A DNA stretch of 64,000 bases from an uncultured bacterium (lineage in GTDB: Bacteria; Patescibacteriota; Saccharimonadia; Saccharimonadales; Saccharimonadaceae). The notes under the pieces are model-generated. The model was not told the DNA's origin, searched no databases, and worked only from the letters and a program-made list of their open reading frames with translations. The position numbers and the translations under genes were made by a program. Location: NCBI GenBank assembly GCA_966186595.1, contig CBIFWO010000003.1, positions 306 to 64,305 of the forward strand, in the 5' to 3' direction. Positions 1 through 9,215 of this stretch are shown one piece after another (position 1 is the stretch's first letter; each line of letters begins with the position of its first letter).

Positions 1-4
1 GGCA

Positions 5-295
5 GTGGCTGACTATCTCGAGGTTCAAGGCGCAAAGAATGATTCGGAGGTGCCTCCTCGCGCTACTATCGAGGACGGCTTACGGGAGGCCTCGGAAAAA
101 TTAGCGGAAACGGACGCAATCTTTGAAGAAATGGAGAGAGCGAATGCAGAGATAGCGGAAGCGCTTGAAAAACTCATAAAGTTTTTTCCTAAACTTCAGG
201 AGTACCTCGATAGAATTGTTAATGAAAACGACCCCGAAGTGAGAAAGAAGCTAACGGAAGAGCTTCAGAGGGAAATCGATAAGTTGGATCGTTAG
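5..295 (+). CDS. hypothetical coiled-coil protein, possibly 5'-truncated by window edge
   Basis: 96-aa ORF with E/K/L-rich helical sequence. First codon is GTG at nt 5, so the true start may lie upstream of the window. No recognisable family. Confidence 0.4.
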   Translation: MADYLEVQGAKNDSEVPPRATIEDGLREASEKLAETDAIFEEMERANAEIAEALEKLIKFFPKLQEYLDRIVNENDPEVRKKLTEELQREIDKLDR

Positions 296-296
296 T

Positions 297-548
297 ATGA
301 ATACGGATATGTCTCTCGAGCACCAGTATGAAATTGCAGTAGAGAGCCGAGAGGAATTCAAGAACGGTAACGTTAGTGATGAGCAATTGACTGAGTTTAT
401 AGACAAACACGTACCTGAACACGCGGAAGCTTGGAAGACTGTTCTTCCCTTAGCTCGTTCACTATTCCCGAAATTTAATTGTGGTCTTGCAACTGTGTAT
501 CTTCGTGAAAAAAATGGGCCACGGCGAAATCATCCACGGACGTTATGA
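297..548 (+). CDS. hypothetical protein (may continue by frameshift into ORF 481..684)
   Basis: 83-aa ORF starting 1 nt after the previous stop. It overlaps a second ORF in another frame across an A7 run at 508..514. Confidence 0.4.
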   Translation: MNTDMSLEHQYEIAVESREEFKNGNVSDEQLTEFIDKHVPEHAEAWKTVLPLARSLFPKFNCGLATVYLREKNGPRRNHPRTL

Positions 549-696
549 GCACAGACTTCATACATTTTTGGCGCTGGGCGGTGCAGGAATTGCGAAGACT
601 ATCATAGATAACGGCAGATTAGTTTGGTGGACCTGCTGTATATGTGGGCCCCTAAAACATCCCTGGAGTGATCGGGTTGAATGAAGATAGGCAACT

Positions 697-1134
697 CTAT
701 TCTACAGTTAGAGTACCACGCTTTGAAGGATTGTAATGGTTGTGAAAGCCCCACTCCCCCTTCTTCGTAACGGTCACTTCTTTGATTTGACCTGGCGCGA
801 TGTCTTCGGAGTTCATCTCTGGATTGGCGGTGTGAACAGGGTGCGGATCCGATGCGAACTCGATTGTGTCATCTGTTTCGTTGAGGATCTTGATCTTTTG
901 ACCAGACTTCACCGAGAAGGTTGCTGGACTGAATCCGTCCGCGTTGTAGGTCACTACTGCACCGACGTCGTCGGCTGTATCAGAAGATTCATTTGCGCTC
1001 TGTGAACTATTTTGTGACGAGTTGGTTGGTGTTGTTTCGGGACTTTTCTTGTTATTATTCGCGATCGCCCATACCCCGACGGCTATAATGACGACGAGTG
1101 CACCCAGGGCAATGATTTTATTGGTTTTGTTCAT
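697..1134 (-). CDS. membrane-anchored cupredoxin-like domain protein
   Basis: 145 aa. N-terminal TM helix (IIALGALVVIIAVGVWAI), then an S/T/N-rich linker. The C-terminal beta-rich block (GFSPATFSVKSGQKIKILN ... GEWGFHNHYNPSKRGTLTV) resembles EfeO-type cupredoxin-like domains but has no Cys ligand. Confidence 0.6.
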   Translation of the reverse strand: MNKTNKIIALGALVVIIAVGVWAIANNNKKSPETTPTNSSQNSSQSANESSDTADDVGAVVTYNADGFSPATFSVKSGQKIKILNETDDTIEFASDPHPVHTANPEMNSEDIAPGQIKEVTVTKKGEWGFHNHYNPSKRGTLTVE

Positions 1135-1205
1135 TTAGTTTCTCCTGCTATCAATGCTACTTATGCCTATATCAATGATCGTGCACCTTGGTGTATGATG
1201 TCAAT

Positions 1206-1607
1206 ATGAAGAAGTTGATGAACGGGTTTGATACGGTGACGAGGAAATATTCTCATTTGTCTACACTTTTTCTCCGCTTGGGTTTGGCGACGGTGTTTAT
1301 TTATGCGGCTATTGCCTCTACCCTTAATCCGAATGATTGGGTAGGATACTTGCCCGGTGTTCTGACGGCTGTCTTACCCGCAGAGACACTATTGATGCTG
1401 TTCTCTGTGGTTGAGCTGGCACTGGCTGTTTGGCTGCTGAGCGGAGTATATGTACGATATGCCGCTGTGGTGAGCTTTTTGATGCTCGGTGGCATTGTTG
1501 TTTCTAATTTTGCACTGTTGGACATCAGTTTTCGAGATTTGGGCCTTATGTTTGCGGCCCTTGCCCTCGCTTTTTCACCCTCCGACGATCAAGAAGAGTC
1601 ACTCTAG
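1206..1607 (+). CDS. DoxX-like small integral membrane protein
   Basis: ATG at 1206 is preferred over TTG at 1188. About 133 aa with 4 hydrophobic helices; LRLGLATVFIYAA resembles DoxX-type proteins. The family call is tentative. Confidence 0.5.
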   Translation: MKKLMNGFDTVTRKYSHLSTLFLRLGLATVFIYAAIASTLNPNDWVGYLPGVLTAVLPAETLLMLFSVVELALAVWLLSGVYVRYAAVVSFLMLGGIVVSNFALLDISFRDLGLMFAALALAFSPSDDQEESL

Positions 1608-2830
1608 TTCGCGGTGTCTTTTAGTTTGTAAATAGCGTTCGTCTTAAAGTCGGCGAGATATACTTCACCGTCATTGCCTTGACCGAATGCGCTGATGGAA
1701 TGACCAGTTCTTGCAGCAAGTGTCTGTGTCCATTTGTCGTTTTTTTGCTCCGCGTAAAATAGTTGTCCATTGCAAAAATCACCGTAAAAATATTTGCCAA
1801 GAAGAGCGGGATTTTGTTGTCCCCTGTAGACATAACCACCCGTGATAGAACAGCGGTTTTCGTCGTGGTTATATTCCAAAACCGGTGCGATGTATTTGTC
1901 AGCTGTTTGGCAACCTGCCGAATTATACGGCGCCGTCCCTTCAAAGCAGCGCCATCCGTAATTTTCGCCGCCTTTACTCTCAGCTTTTTGGACGTTTATT
2001 TCTTCGAGTGCACCTTGTCCCACATCGGCGATATAGAGGTCGCCTGTTTTCTTGTCAAAACTCATCCGCCATGGATTGCGAAGCCCATATGCCCAGATCT
2101 CTGGCTTCGTGCCTGGCTCGTTTGCAAATGGATTTGTAATAGGGACCTCGTAGGGATCACCTTTGTTGATATCAATGCGGAGGATCTTGCCAAACAAACT
2201 ATTTTTATCCTGTGCCCTATTTTCCGGGTCGCCTCCACTTCCGCCGTCGCCCAACGCGACGTAAAGATATCCATCGGGGCCGAATACGAGATCGCCTCCA
2301 TTATGATTAGCATAAGGCTGCTTGAGGGTCAGAAGGATTTTTTCACTGTTTGCATCGCCGATTGTTCTGTCGGAATTTGCCGTAAAACGAGCGATAACGG
2401 TGTTTTGATTTTTATCGACATAATTAACAAAAAGATAGCCGTTTTGTTTGTAGTTTGGGTGAAATGCAAGACCGAGGAGGCCCATTTCCCCTTCAGCACG
2501 GACTTTGGACTGAATGTCGAGAAATGTTTGTGGCGGGTTCTTCTCACCCGGTATAATGCTGCGAATGACGCCGGAGCGCTCGGTGATGAAAAGTCGTTTG
2601 TCATTGGGGATGCTAGTCGCGATAATGCCCGTCGGAGCTAGGAGGCCGCTGGCAACTTCCTCGGTGGTAACGACGGGTTGTTTGAGTGTCACGATGGGAG
2701 TTTTGTCGGTGACTGGGATTTGAGAGGTCTTGATCAAAGCTTTGAGAATAAAAATCGTTGTGGCAATAACAATAATAAATGACAGAGCGATCGATACTGC
2801 GATAATTACCTTCTTGCTTTTGATATCCAT
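1604..2830 (-). CDS. PQQ-dependent sugar (glucose/sorbosone) dehydrogenase family protein, membrane anchored
   Basis: 408 aa. N-terminal TM helix followed by propeller motifs typical of the GSDH family: ANHNGGDLVFGPDGYLYVALGDGG and YGLRNPWRMSFD. Confidence 0.8.
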   Translation of the reverse strand: MDIKSKKVIIAVSIALSFIIVIATTIFILKALIKTSQIPVTDKTPIVTLKQPVVTTEEVASGLLAPTGIIATSIPNDKRLFITERSGVIRSIIPGEKNPPQTFLDIQSKVRAEGEMGLLGLAFHPNYKQNGYLFVNYVDKNQNTVIARFTANSDRTIGDANSEKILLTLKQPYANHNGGDLVFGPDGYLYVALGDGGSGGDPENRAQDKNSLFGKILRIDINKGDPYEVPITNPFANEPGTKPEIWAYGLRNPWRMSFDKKTGDLYIADVGQGALEEINVQKAESKGGENYGWRCFEGTAPYNSAGCQTADKYIAPVLEYNHDENRCSITGGYVYRGQQNPALLGKYFYGDFCNGQLFYAEQKNDKWTQTLAARTGHSISAFGQGNDGEVYLADFKTNAIYKLKDTAN

Positions 2831-2882
2831 GCCCCTATTTAACCATAAGCGTATAATGAAAATGCAATCTAAAAAAGGAGAA

Positions 2883-3050
2883 ATGATGAAGCCGGATGCT
2901 CCAAAAAAACAAACTTCAGATAACCCTCGGACACCAGAACGGGCTGGTGGTTATGGGAAGCGCCCCATCTGGCAGTGGGTGGTGCTGTACGTTATCCTCG
3001 CTGCGATTGTCTACACTGCAATTTATATGTTATTCATGAATAATTATTAG
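2883..3050 (+). CDS. small membrane protein (55 aa)
   Basis: AAGGAG SD lies 4 nt before ATGATG at 2883. Basic N-terminus followed by one TM helix (IWQWVVLYVILAAIVYTAIYMLF). TATAAT at 2852..2857. Confidence 0.5.
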   Translation: MMKPDAPKKQTSDNPRTPERAGGYGKRPIWQWVVLYVILAAIVYTAIYMLFMNNY

Positions 3051-3109
3051 GCGGAAATGATAATAACCTGGCAAGAAAAATGATGAGTCAGAACACTCAT
3101 CATTTTTCT

Positions 3110-3199
3110 TGGCGGAGAGAGAGGGATTCGAACCCTCGATAGGTTTGACCCTATACCGCTTTTCGAGAGCGGCCAGTTCAACCACTCCTGCATCTCTCC
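3110..3199 (-). tRNA. tRNA-Ser (anticodon CGA)
   Basis: Reverse complement reads GGAGAGA...CCGCT CTCGAAA AGCGG, a long variable arm, GAGGG TTCGAAT CCCTC, TCTCTCC G CCA. It folds as a cloverleaf with anticodon loop CU-CGA-AA and an encoded CCA. Confidence 0.9.
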
Positions 3200-3251
3200 G
3201 TTTGCTTGCCTATTGTAGCAAAGCTCTAGAGGTAGCGCTATACTTGGTAGT

Positions 3252-3644
3252 ATGGAAGACTCGATTTTTACCAAGATTATTAAAGGCGAAATCCCCGCTT
3301 ATAAAATCTACGAAGACGATAAGACGATCGCGTTTCTAACAATTCAACCAGTTCGTGAAGGCCACACGCTGGTTGTGCCAAAAGTGCAGGTTGATCAATA
3401 TATCGACTTACCGGATGAAGACTATGATGCGATGTGGCGCACAGTGAAGAAGGTTGCAGCTCGTCTTCGTGAAGTCACCAGTAAAGAACGAATTGGCGTC
3501 GTGATCAAGGGTATTGATGTGCCCCATGCACACGTTCACCTCATCCCATTTGATAGAGGTGAATCACTAAAAGCTGACGGCGAGCCTGAAATTATGCCCG
3601 GGGATGTGCTGGCTCCTATAGCAGAGAAACTTCGTTTTTCATGA
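3252..3644 (+). CDS. HIT family (histidine triad) nucleotide hydrolase
   Basis: 130 aa. N-terminal FTKIIKGEIPAYKIYEDD and the histidine-triad motif HAHVHLIPF. Confidence 0.85.
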   Translation: MEDSIFTKIIKGEIPAYKIYEDDKTIAFLTIQPVREGHTLVVPKVQVDQYIDLPDEDYDAMWRTVKKVAARLREVTSKERIGVVIKGIDVPHAHVHLIPFDRGESLKADGEPEIMPGDVLAPIAEKLRFS

Positions 3645-4096
3645 TTCGCATTCTCGCCGTTGGTAAAAAGCACGAATCGTGGGTTGCAGAGGGGATCGAG
3701 CGATACCAAAAACGCCTCAAGCAACCGTTTAATGTTGAGTGGACGGTGCTTCCCCATTCTTCTTTGGAGGGTGAGCGAGCGCGACAGGAGGAGTCTGAAC
3801 GCATCCTATCTCGACTGAAAGATGACGACTATGCGGTGCTTTTAGATGAGCGAGGAGAGATTGTTGATTCCCCTTCTCTTGCTAATCGGTTACGTGTGCC
3901 TATCGACTATTCAAAAAAGGTAGTTATTATCATCGGCGGTGCCTATGGTGTGGATAGCAAGGTCCATGAACGAGCTAATTTCATCTGGTCATTATCGAGA
4001 CTTGTCTTTCCGCACCAACTGGTGCGACTGGTTTTAGTCGAGCAATTGTACAGAGCACAAGAGATCGCAAGCGGTAAACCCTACCACCACGACTAG
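3641..4096 (+). CDS. rlmH: 23S rRNA (pseudouridine1915-N3)-methyltransferase RlmH
   Basis: 151 aa of SPOUT size. The start overlaps the HIT stop (ATGA). IIGGAYG and the C-terminal FPHQLVRLVLVEQLYRA are typical of RlmH. Confidence 0.8.
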   Translation: MIRILAVGKKHESWVAEGIERYQKRLKQPFNVEWTVLPHSSLEGERARQEESERILSRLKDDDYAVLLDERGEIVDSPSLANRLRVPIDYSKKVVIIIGGAYGVDSKVHERANFIWSLSRLVFPHQLVRLVLVEQLYRAQEIASGKPYHHD

Positions 4097-4165
4097 TTTG
4101 CATTTATATACAAAAAATGATTTAATACTGAATGCCTAGAACGACGAGAAAGTGAGGCACAGGAG

Positions 4166-4483
4166 ATGCCCTTAGAGTGTTGGGAGATCGAGAGGCAGGC
4201 CCTCATCTGGCAAACCAGCCTGGTGGGAAGAAGGAAGCTGGAGGTTGCTTTCCTCTGGCTGTTCCTCCTCGTAGGGTTGCCGCTGGCGACTGCCTTGGTG
4301 GTTCTGCTCTCTCAGAGCCGGCTGGATGAAGTTGCCAGCAGTCTGATTGCCTCGGTTGCTTGCATCGGGATCGTTGCGGGAGCGATCTACGCCGCCTACC
4401 AGATCTCGAACCTGGCCGAAGATCGCTTCTTCGAACCGAGGAGCCAAGCGATCGACGAGAAGTACCAACTCACTTCCACGTGA
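4166..4483 (+). CDS. GC-rich hypothetical membrane protein (2 TM)
   Basis: 105 aa with two hydrophobic helices and G/C-ending codons. Preceded by AGGAG and followed by an imperfect GC-rich hairpin at about 4492..4523. Confidence 0.55.
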   Translation: MPLECWEIERQALIWQTSLVGRRKLEVAFLWLFLLVGLPLATALVVLLSQSRLDEVASSLIASVACIGIVAGAIYAAYQISNLAEDRFFEPRSQAIDEKYQLTST

Positions 4484-4545
4484 TCAGGCGGCGCGGGCCG
4501 GGGCTACTACGGCTCCGGTCCGCGTCTGCGAACCAGGACACCTAA

Positions 4546-4574
4546 TTGACATTATGATAAGCATATGCTATATT
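4546..4574 (+). promoter_or_regulatory. sigma70-type promoter (TTGACA-N17-TATATT)
   Basis: TTGACA at 4546..4551, a 17-nt spacer and TATATT at 4569..4574, located 28 nt upstream of ATG 4602. Confidence 0.6.
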
Positions 4575-4601
4575 ATTTTTATAAACAAATAAAACAAACA
4601 T

Positions 4602-4934
4602 ATGCTTGCAGTTTTTATCAATCCCCTCGCCATTCTCATGAGTCTTAGCACTGCTACGGGTGTCCTTATTCATGACATGCATCTTGATCAGGCGGCCACT
4701 ACCTTAACGATGCCCGCTGCGATGGCGAATGTTGATACCACCAAGACAGCTAATCTTGGTGGTACTGACCATACGCACATCGAACGTGCCTCGGCTTCGC
4801 AGGCGATCGTTCATCTCAATAGTCGTAGCCCCGGTATTCAACCTCGTACTTTCGAAGATAAGAAACATCTGCTTCAAAAACGCGTTATGCGCGGTCATCA
4901 TGCGTTTGATAACTACAATTTACCCTTAGTCTAG
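4602..4934 (+). CDS. hypothetical protein with hydrophobic N-terminus
   Basis: 110-aa ORF behind a near-consensus promoter. The N-terminus is signal-like (MLAVFINPLAILMSLSTATG). No recognisable family. Confidence 0.45.
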   Translation: MLAVFINPLAILMSLSTATGVLIHDMHLDQAATTLTMPAAMANVDTTKTANLGGTDHTHIERASASQAIVHLNSRSPGIQPRTFEDKKHLLQKRVMRGHHAFDNYNLPLV

Positions 4935-4939
4935 GGAAA

Positions 4940-4968
4940 CCTGGTGCAGCCGCGCGGACTGCACCAGG
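4940..4968. terminator. bidirectional hairpin between convergent genes
   Basis: Perfect 10-bp stem (cctggtgcag / ctgcaccagg) with a 9-nt loop, between stop 4934 (+) and stop 4986 (-). Confidence 0.6.
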
Positions 4969-4985
4969 TGGGATCTTCCCTCCTC

Positions 4986-6443
4986 TTACCGGATCACGAC
5001 ATCATCGGCCTTCACGAAGCCGATGCGGTTGCCGTACTGGATCTCGATGAACCTCGTCTTGCCCGGGAAGACCTGGTGGTCGTAGGGGTAGGACGAGTCG
5101 ATCGCCCAGGCGTAGAAGTGATCGTTCACGGGTCCAGCGTCGATCACCCTGTAGCGCTGGCCGGCCAGAACGTTGTACGGCAGCGGAGCCTGCGGCGCGA
5201 GCGTCGGAATCCAGAAGGACGCCGGCGGAGTGCTGAGCAGATCGGTCGGGTAGGCCGACTGCTCGGGCACGGGACGGCCGTAGACCGGGATGCTGGTCTG
5301 ACCCGCCTTCGGGGCGATGTACTTGCCCGTGGCGGGCAGTGCGGCCGGGGCATTCCATGGGCTGAGGAGCCAGCCAGTAGAACCATTCACCCAGACCTTG
5401 TACCACATGCCACTGGTGTCGAACTTCTTGTCGGCGACGGCGAACGTCTGCCCGTAGAAGAGCCGGGCGGCGTTGTTCGTGATCTCCGTGCTTCCCTGGC
5501 CCAGAACTGGGTCCGTGAAGTACGGAGCATCGGAACGCGGCTCGGACCTCAGGTAGACGAAGTTCGCCGAGTGAGGGCCTTCTGGTGCGCAGCCGTTGTT
5601 ACCGACCGAGCATCCCGTCACTGACTGCTTGTTGAGCCACCAGATCGGGGCGACCGTCACGAAGTTGCTGTTCAGGCCACCGCTCGGAACCGCTGGCCCG
5701 CAGGTCATCGCCATGTACAGCTGCCAGTTCCAGTACGGACCTGGATCGGTGTGCATGCCGGCGATCTGCGAAGCCTTGACGGCTGGGATGTTGTCGTGTC
5801 CGAGGATGTGATCCCGGTCACATGAAATCCCGAAGCGACCCGTCAGGTACTTGACCAGCTCCGAACTCGACCGGTAGAGCGCCGTCGTGTAGTCGGTTCC
5901 GCCGGTGGCGGAGTGACCCTCGTGCTCGATGCCGATCTGGTGCATGTTGAAGTACCAGTTGCCCGCGTGCCACGGCATGTCCTGGGTGCGGACCATCTGG
6001 TACACCGTGCCGTCCTTGCAGACGACGTAGTGCGTGGCGGCGTAGTGCAGCGGATTCTTGAAGGCATCCAGGATCTCCTGGCAGGTGCCCTCACCGTCGT
6101 GAATGTTGATCGAGGTGATCTTCATGTCACGCGGACGATCGGTCACGTCGTAGTTGCCGTAGTTCGTGACATCGTCGCCGATGGCCGTAAAGGCCGCCGG
6201 GACAACGATGCAGCGGATCGTCGGCGGACACTCCGGCGTGATCGTCGGAGGTGTTACCGCGGCACTCGCGGCGAGCCTTGGCTCATTCTGCGCGAGCTTT
6301 TCGCTCATGCTGCTGCCGATCTGGTCGCCATCCAGTCCCGGAGCGTGTGCTCCGGCACTAGGTGCCAGTCCGATCAGCAGTACGAGTACTGCCAGGACCG
6401 TTGCAGCACTGCGCTGCGCTCGGTGTCTCACCAGCTTCTCCAT
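4986..6443 (-). CDS. secreted N-acetylmuramoyl-L-alanine amidase (Amidase_2/PGRP domain) with C-terminal SH3b-like repeats; GC-rich
   Basis: 485 aa. Signal peptide (AATVLAVLVLLIGLAPSAGAHA). Amidase_2 motifs: INIHDGEG, MPWHAGNWYFNMHQIGIEHEG, ILGHDNIP. Two C-terminal W/Y/G-rich beta modules. A sample at 5161..5220 is 68 % GC. Confidence 0.8.
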   Translation of the reverse strand: MEKLVRHRAQRSAATVLAVLVLLIGLAPSAGAHAPGLDGDQIGSSMSEKLAQNEPRLAASAAVTPPTITPECPPTIRCIVVPAAFTAIGDDVTNYGNYDVTDRPRDMKITSINIHDGEGTCQEILDAFKNPLHYAATHYVVCKDGTVYQMVRTQDMPWHAGNWYFNMHQIGIEHEGHSATGGTDYTTALYRSSSELVKYLTGRFGISCDRDHILGHDNIPAVKASQIAGMHTDPGPYWNWQLYMAMTCGPAVPSGGLNSNFVTVAPIWWLNKQSVTGCSVGNNGCAPEGPHSANFVYLRSEPRSDAPYFTDPVLGQGSTEITNNAARLFYGQTFAVADKKFDTSGMWYKVWVNGSTGWLLSPWNAPAALPATGKYIAPKAGQTSIPVYGRPVPEQSAYPTDLLSTPPASFWIPTLAPQAPLPYNVLAGQRYRVIDAGPVNDHFYAWAIDSSYPYDHQVFPGKTRFIEIQYGNRIGFVKADDVVIR

Positions 6444-6504
6444 CGTGTTTAGTGCCGTGTGGGGTCGGCAGAGGATGAAATCCCACGAATCCTATAGTAA
6501 CAGA

Positions 6505-9060
6505 TTAGCGAAGGACTTCTAGTTCGTTTTCGAGGCGCAGGAGCAGTGTTTTTTTGTCATCAAGATCTTTTCTCGACTCTTCAACGAGATGGGCTGGGGC
6601 TTTGTTGAGGTAATTCTCGTTAGATAGGCGCCCCTCGAGTGTTTTAATAAACTGTTTGGTTTCGGCAAGGCGAACTTCCAAATTGGTCTGGTGTTCGTAA
6701 AGTGTTTCATCACTCACATCCAACCAAGCTTCCCTGTTGGCTGCTGCGATGCGAAGGCCGCGGGCTTGATCAATAGCCTCAGCTCCCCTCAGGCGCCCGA
6801 GGTGCTTGATGAGGTTTGCATTGTCGGCGACTAGTGAATCATTTTGATAGAGCAGCGTGTATCTTTCATTACCAGGAAGTTCAGAGATGACATATCGAGC
6901 CTCGGCAACGAGTGTCTGAAGCTGTTCAAATTCTGCTGCGGCGATATCGTCGTAGGCAAGTACCTCGGGCCATTTCGCTCCGGCTAGGATGTCGTTGTGC
7001 CATCCTAGCGATTGCCAGATCGTCTCAGTGACAAATGGTGTGAATGGATGTGCGATCTTGAGGCTGGTATCGAGCACCCACGCGAGCATGTCCGGATTGT
7101 CCTGCGTTTTGCTGGCCTCGACAAACCAATCGGCGACGTTGTCCCAAATGGCGTGATAAACCGTTTCGGCTGCTTCAGCAAAGCGGTAGTTCGATAGCTG
7201 TTGATCCAAAGTTCTAGCGGCGTCGTTCAACTCGCGAACGATCCAATGATCGACAAGGCTCTGTGGTACAGGTGCGGCCGGTTTATAATTTTCCCCCAGT
7301 TTCCCTTCGATAAAGCGTGCAATATTCCAAAGCTTGTTACAAAAGTTACGCCCGGCAACCACTTTACTGGTCGAGAATGCCTGATTTTGCCCGGCGCTAC
7401 GGCTAGCAACAATACCCAGACGAAGTGCATCCGATCCGTATTCTGAGATAATTTCCATCGGGTTGATGACGTTCCCCTTTGATTTGCTCATCTTTTGACC
7501 GTGTTCGTCGAGAACAAGACCGTGCAGGTACACCTCCTTGAACGGCACATCTTCAGTGACATACAGGCCGAGCATAATCATGCGTGACACCCAAGGATAA
7601 AGAATGTCATGACCGGTTTCCATGACGCTATTTGGATAGAAACGAGAAAGCTTGCCCCCTGAGAGATAATCGGTAGTGATGAATGGCCATTGACCACTTG
7701 AGAACCAGGTATCGAATGTGTCTTCCTCGCGTTTATATGTTGTTCCATTAACAACAATAGTTTTTTCATCAACCCTTTCGTCGTAGATCCAATCATCAGG
7801 GTCATTCTCATTTTGGAATGCTGGAATAGGAATTCCCCACGGTATTTGTCGGCTAAGGTTCCAATCGCGAAGATTGTCATAGTACTGGACAAGAGCATGC
7901 TGTTTGCTCTTTGGGAAAAACTGAATGAGTCCACTATCGATAGCCGCTTTTGCTTTTTCGACCATCGGTGTTACCTTCAAGAACCACTGATCTCGGACGA
8001 GAGGTTCAATGACACTACCGCATTTGTAGCAATGGCCTACACTATGAACGATGTTCTCTTCCCCGCGTAAGGCTTCCACGGCCTGAAGCGCGGGAATAAT
8101 CTTTTCCCTTGCTTCTGCTACGGTGAGGCCGCGGAAAGATTCAGGCACATTTTCAGTCATTCTCCCGTCAATCCCAATCAGTTCTATAAGTGGAAGATTA
8201 TGTCTTCGAGCCACTTCGAAATCATTTGGATCATGTGCGGGCGTGACGGTAACGACACCAGTGCCGTAGGTAGGATCAACGTGTTCATCGGCAATCACAG
8301 GAATCTCAATCCCAGGTACGAGAGGCTGGAAAACGTGCATGCCGATGTAGGCTTTGTAGCGTTCGTCATCCGGGTGGACCATGAGGGCGCTTTGGCCAAG
8401 CTTTGTCTCTGGTCGAGTAGTGGCGATAATGAGCTCGCCTTCTTTTTCCATAAGTGGAAAGGCTATTTTCCAAAGCTTACTCTTTTCTTCCTTGTGCTCT
8501 ACCTCTATATCAGCAAAACTTGTCTGGTGAACGGTACAAAAATTAACGATGCGTTCAGCGCGGTAGATTAATCCGTCATCCCACAGCTTTTTAAAGGTGC
8601 TATAGACCGTTTTTATTACCTTTTCATCAAGGGTGAATACTAGGTCGTCCCAATTCGCACTCACCCCAAGGGCGCGTAGCTGTAGTTCCATATTTCCCCG
8701 TTGTTGATCAACGAAGTTCCAGACCTGGCTGTAGAGCTGCTCCCTACTGAAATCAAATCGACTCTGACCTTTTTTTGTCAATTCTCTTTCATAAACAACC
8801 CACGTTTCAAAGCCGGCATGATCCGCCCCCGGAATGTAGGCTACGTCCCTTCCCTTCATACGGTGGTAGCGGACGAGAATATCTTCGAGGTCTGCCATTA
8901 AAGCGTGACCGATGTGAAGATTGCCGTTAGCATTTGGTGGCGGCATGACTATGCTATACGGTTCACCTTCCCCTTTTGGTGCAAACACACCACTGGTTTC
9001 CCACATGGCGTAAATATTCGGCTCGTATTGATTGGGGTCGTATGCTTTGGCTAACTTCAT
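6505..9060 (-). CDS. valS: valine--tRNA ligase
   Basis: 851 aa. HIGH motif (PNANGNLHIGH), KMSKS motif, editing-domain length, and a C-terminal coiled coil. Confidence 0.95.
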   Translation of the reverse strand: MKLAKAYDPNQYEPNIYAMWETSGVFAPKGEGEPYSIVMPPPNANGNLHIGHALMADLEDILVRYHRMKGRDVAYIPGADHAGFETWVVYERELTKKGQSRFDFSREQLYSQVWNFVDQQRGNMELQLRALGVSANWDDLVFTLDEKVIKTVYSTFKKLWDDGLIYRAERIVNFCTVHQTSFADIEVEHKEEKSKLWKIAFPLMEKEGELIIATTRPETKLGQSALMVHPDDERYKAYIGMHVFQPLVPGIEIPVIADEHVDPTYGTGVVTVTPAHDPNDFEVARRHNLPLIELIGIDGRMTENVPESFRGLTVAEAREKIIPALQAVEALRGEENIVHSVGHCYKCGSVIEPLVRDQWFLKVTPMVEKAKAAIDSGLIQFFPKSKQHALVQYYDNLRDWNLSRQIPWGIPIPAFQNENDPDDWIYDERVDEKTIVVNGTTYKREEDTFDTWFSSGQWPFITTDYLSGGKLSRFYPNSVMETGHDILYPWVSRMIMLGLYVTEDVPFKEVYLHGLVLDEHGQKMSKSKGNVINPMEIISEYGSDALRLGIVASRSAGQNQAFSTSKVVAGRNFCNKLWNIARFIEGKLGENYKPAAPVPQSLVDHWIVRELNDAARTLDQQLSNYRFAEAAETVYHAIWDNVADWFVEASKTQDNPDMLAWVLDTSLKIAHPFTPFVTETIWQSLGWHNDILAGAKWPEVLAYDDIAAAEFEQLQTLVAEARYVISELPGNERYTLLYQNDSLVADNANLIKHLGRLRGAEAIDQARGLRIAAANREAWLDVSDETLYEHQTNLEVRLAETKQFIKTLEGRLSNENYLNKAPAHLVEESRKDLDDKKTLLLRLENELEVLR

Positions 9061-9215
9061 TCGTCGTCTCTAGTACTAAAGTTACACGTGAAAAGCACAC
9101 CGAAGATAAGCCGACGTTTTCATGCGAAACGTTGCAATACCTCCAGGATGTTCTCGCACGTGTTTATTTTCACCTCTTATTATAGCACATGTCAGGCAGT
9201 GTATAATGTGTCTAT

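Noticed and set aside
1763-2641. 292-aa plus-strand ORF inside the PQQ-dehydrogenase gene, and similar antisense ORFs in polA (49948..50568, 51004..51594), gdh (36859..37931), pyrG (38271..39259), truB (62860..63465), orn (43116..43496) and nrdB (33120..33572)
   Set aside because: Each overlaps a confidently identified housekeeping gene on the other strand and has no motifs of its own.
4944-6452. Long plus-strand ORFs (4944..5624, 5913..6452, 6166..6522) opposite the amidase gene
   Set aside because: These are Arg/Gly/His-rich, low-complexity translations typical of antisense shadow ORFs in GC-rich DNA. The minus-strand product has a signal peptide and Amidase_2 motifs.
9061-9215. valS upstream region, considered for a T-box leader
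   Set aside because: It is only 155 nt, shared with the divergent FemAB gene, and has no T-box (AATTAGGGTGGTACCGCG-like) sequence or specifier hairpin.
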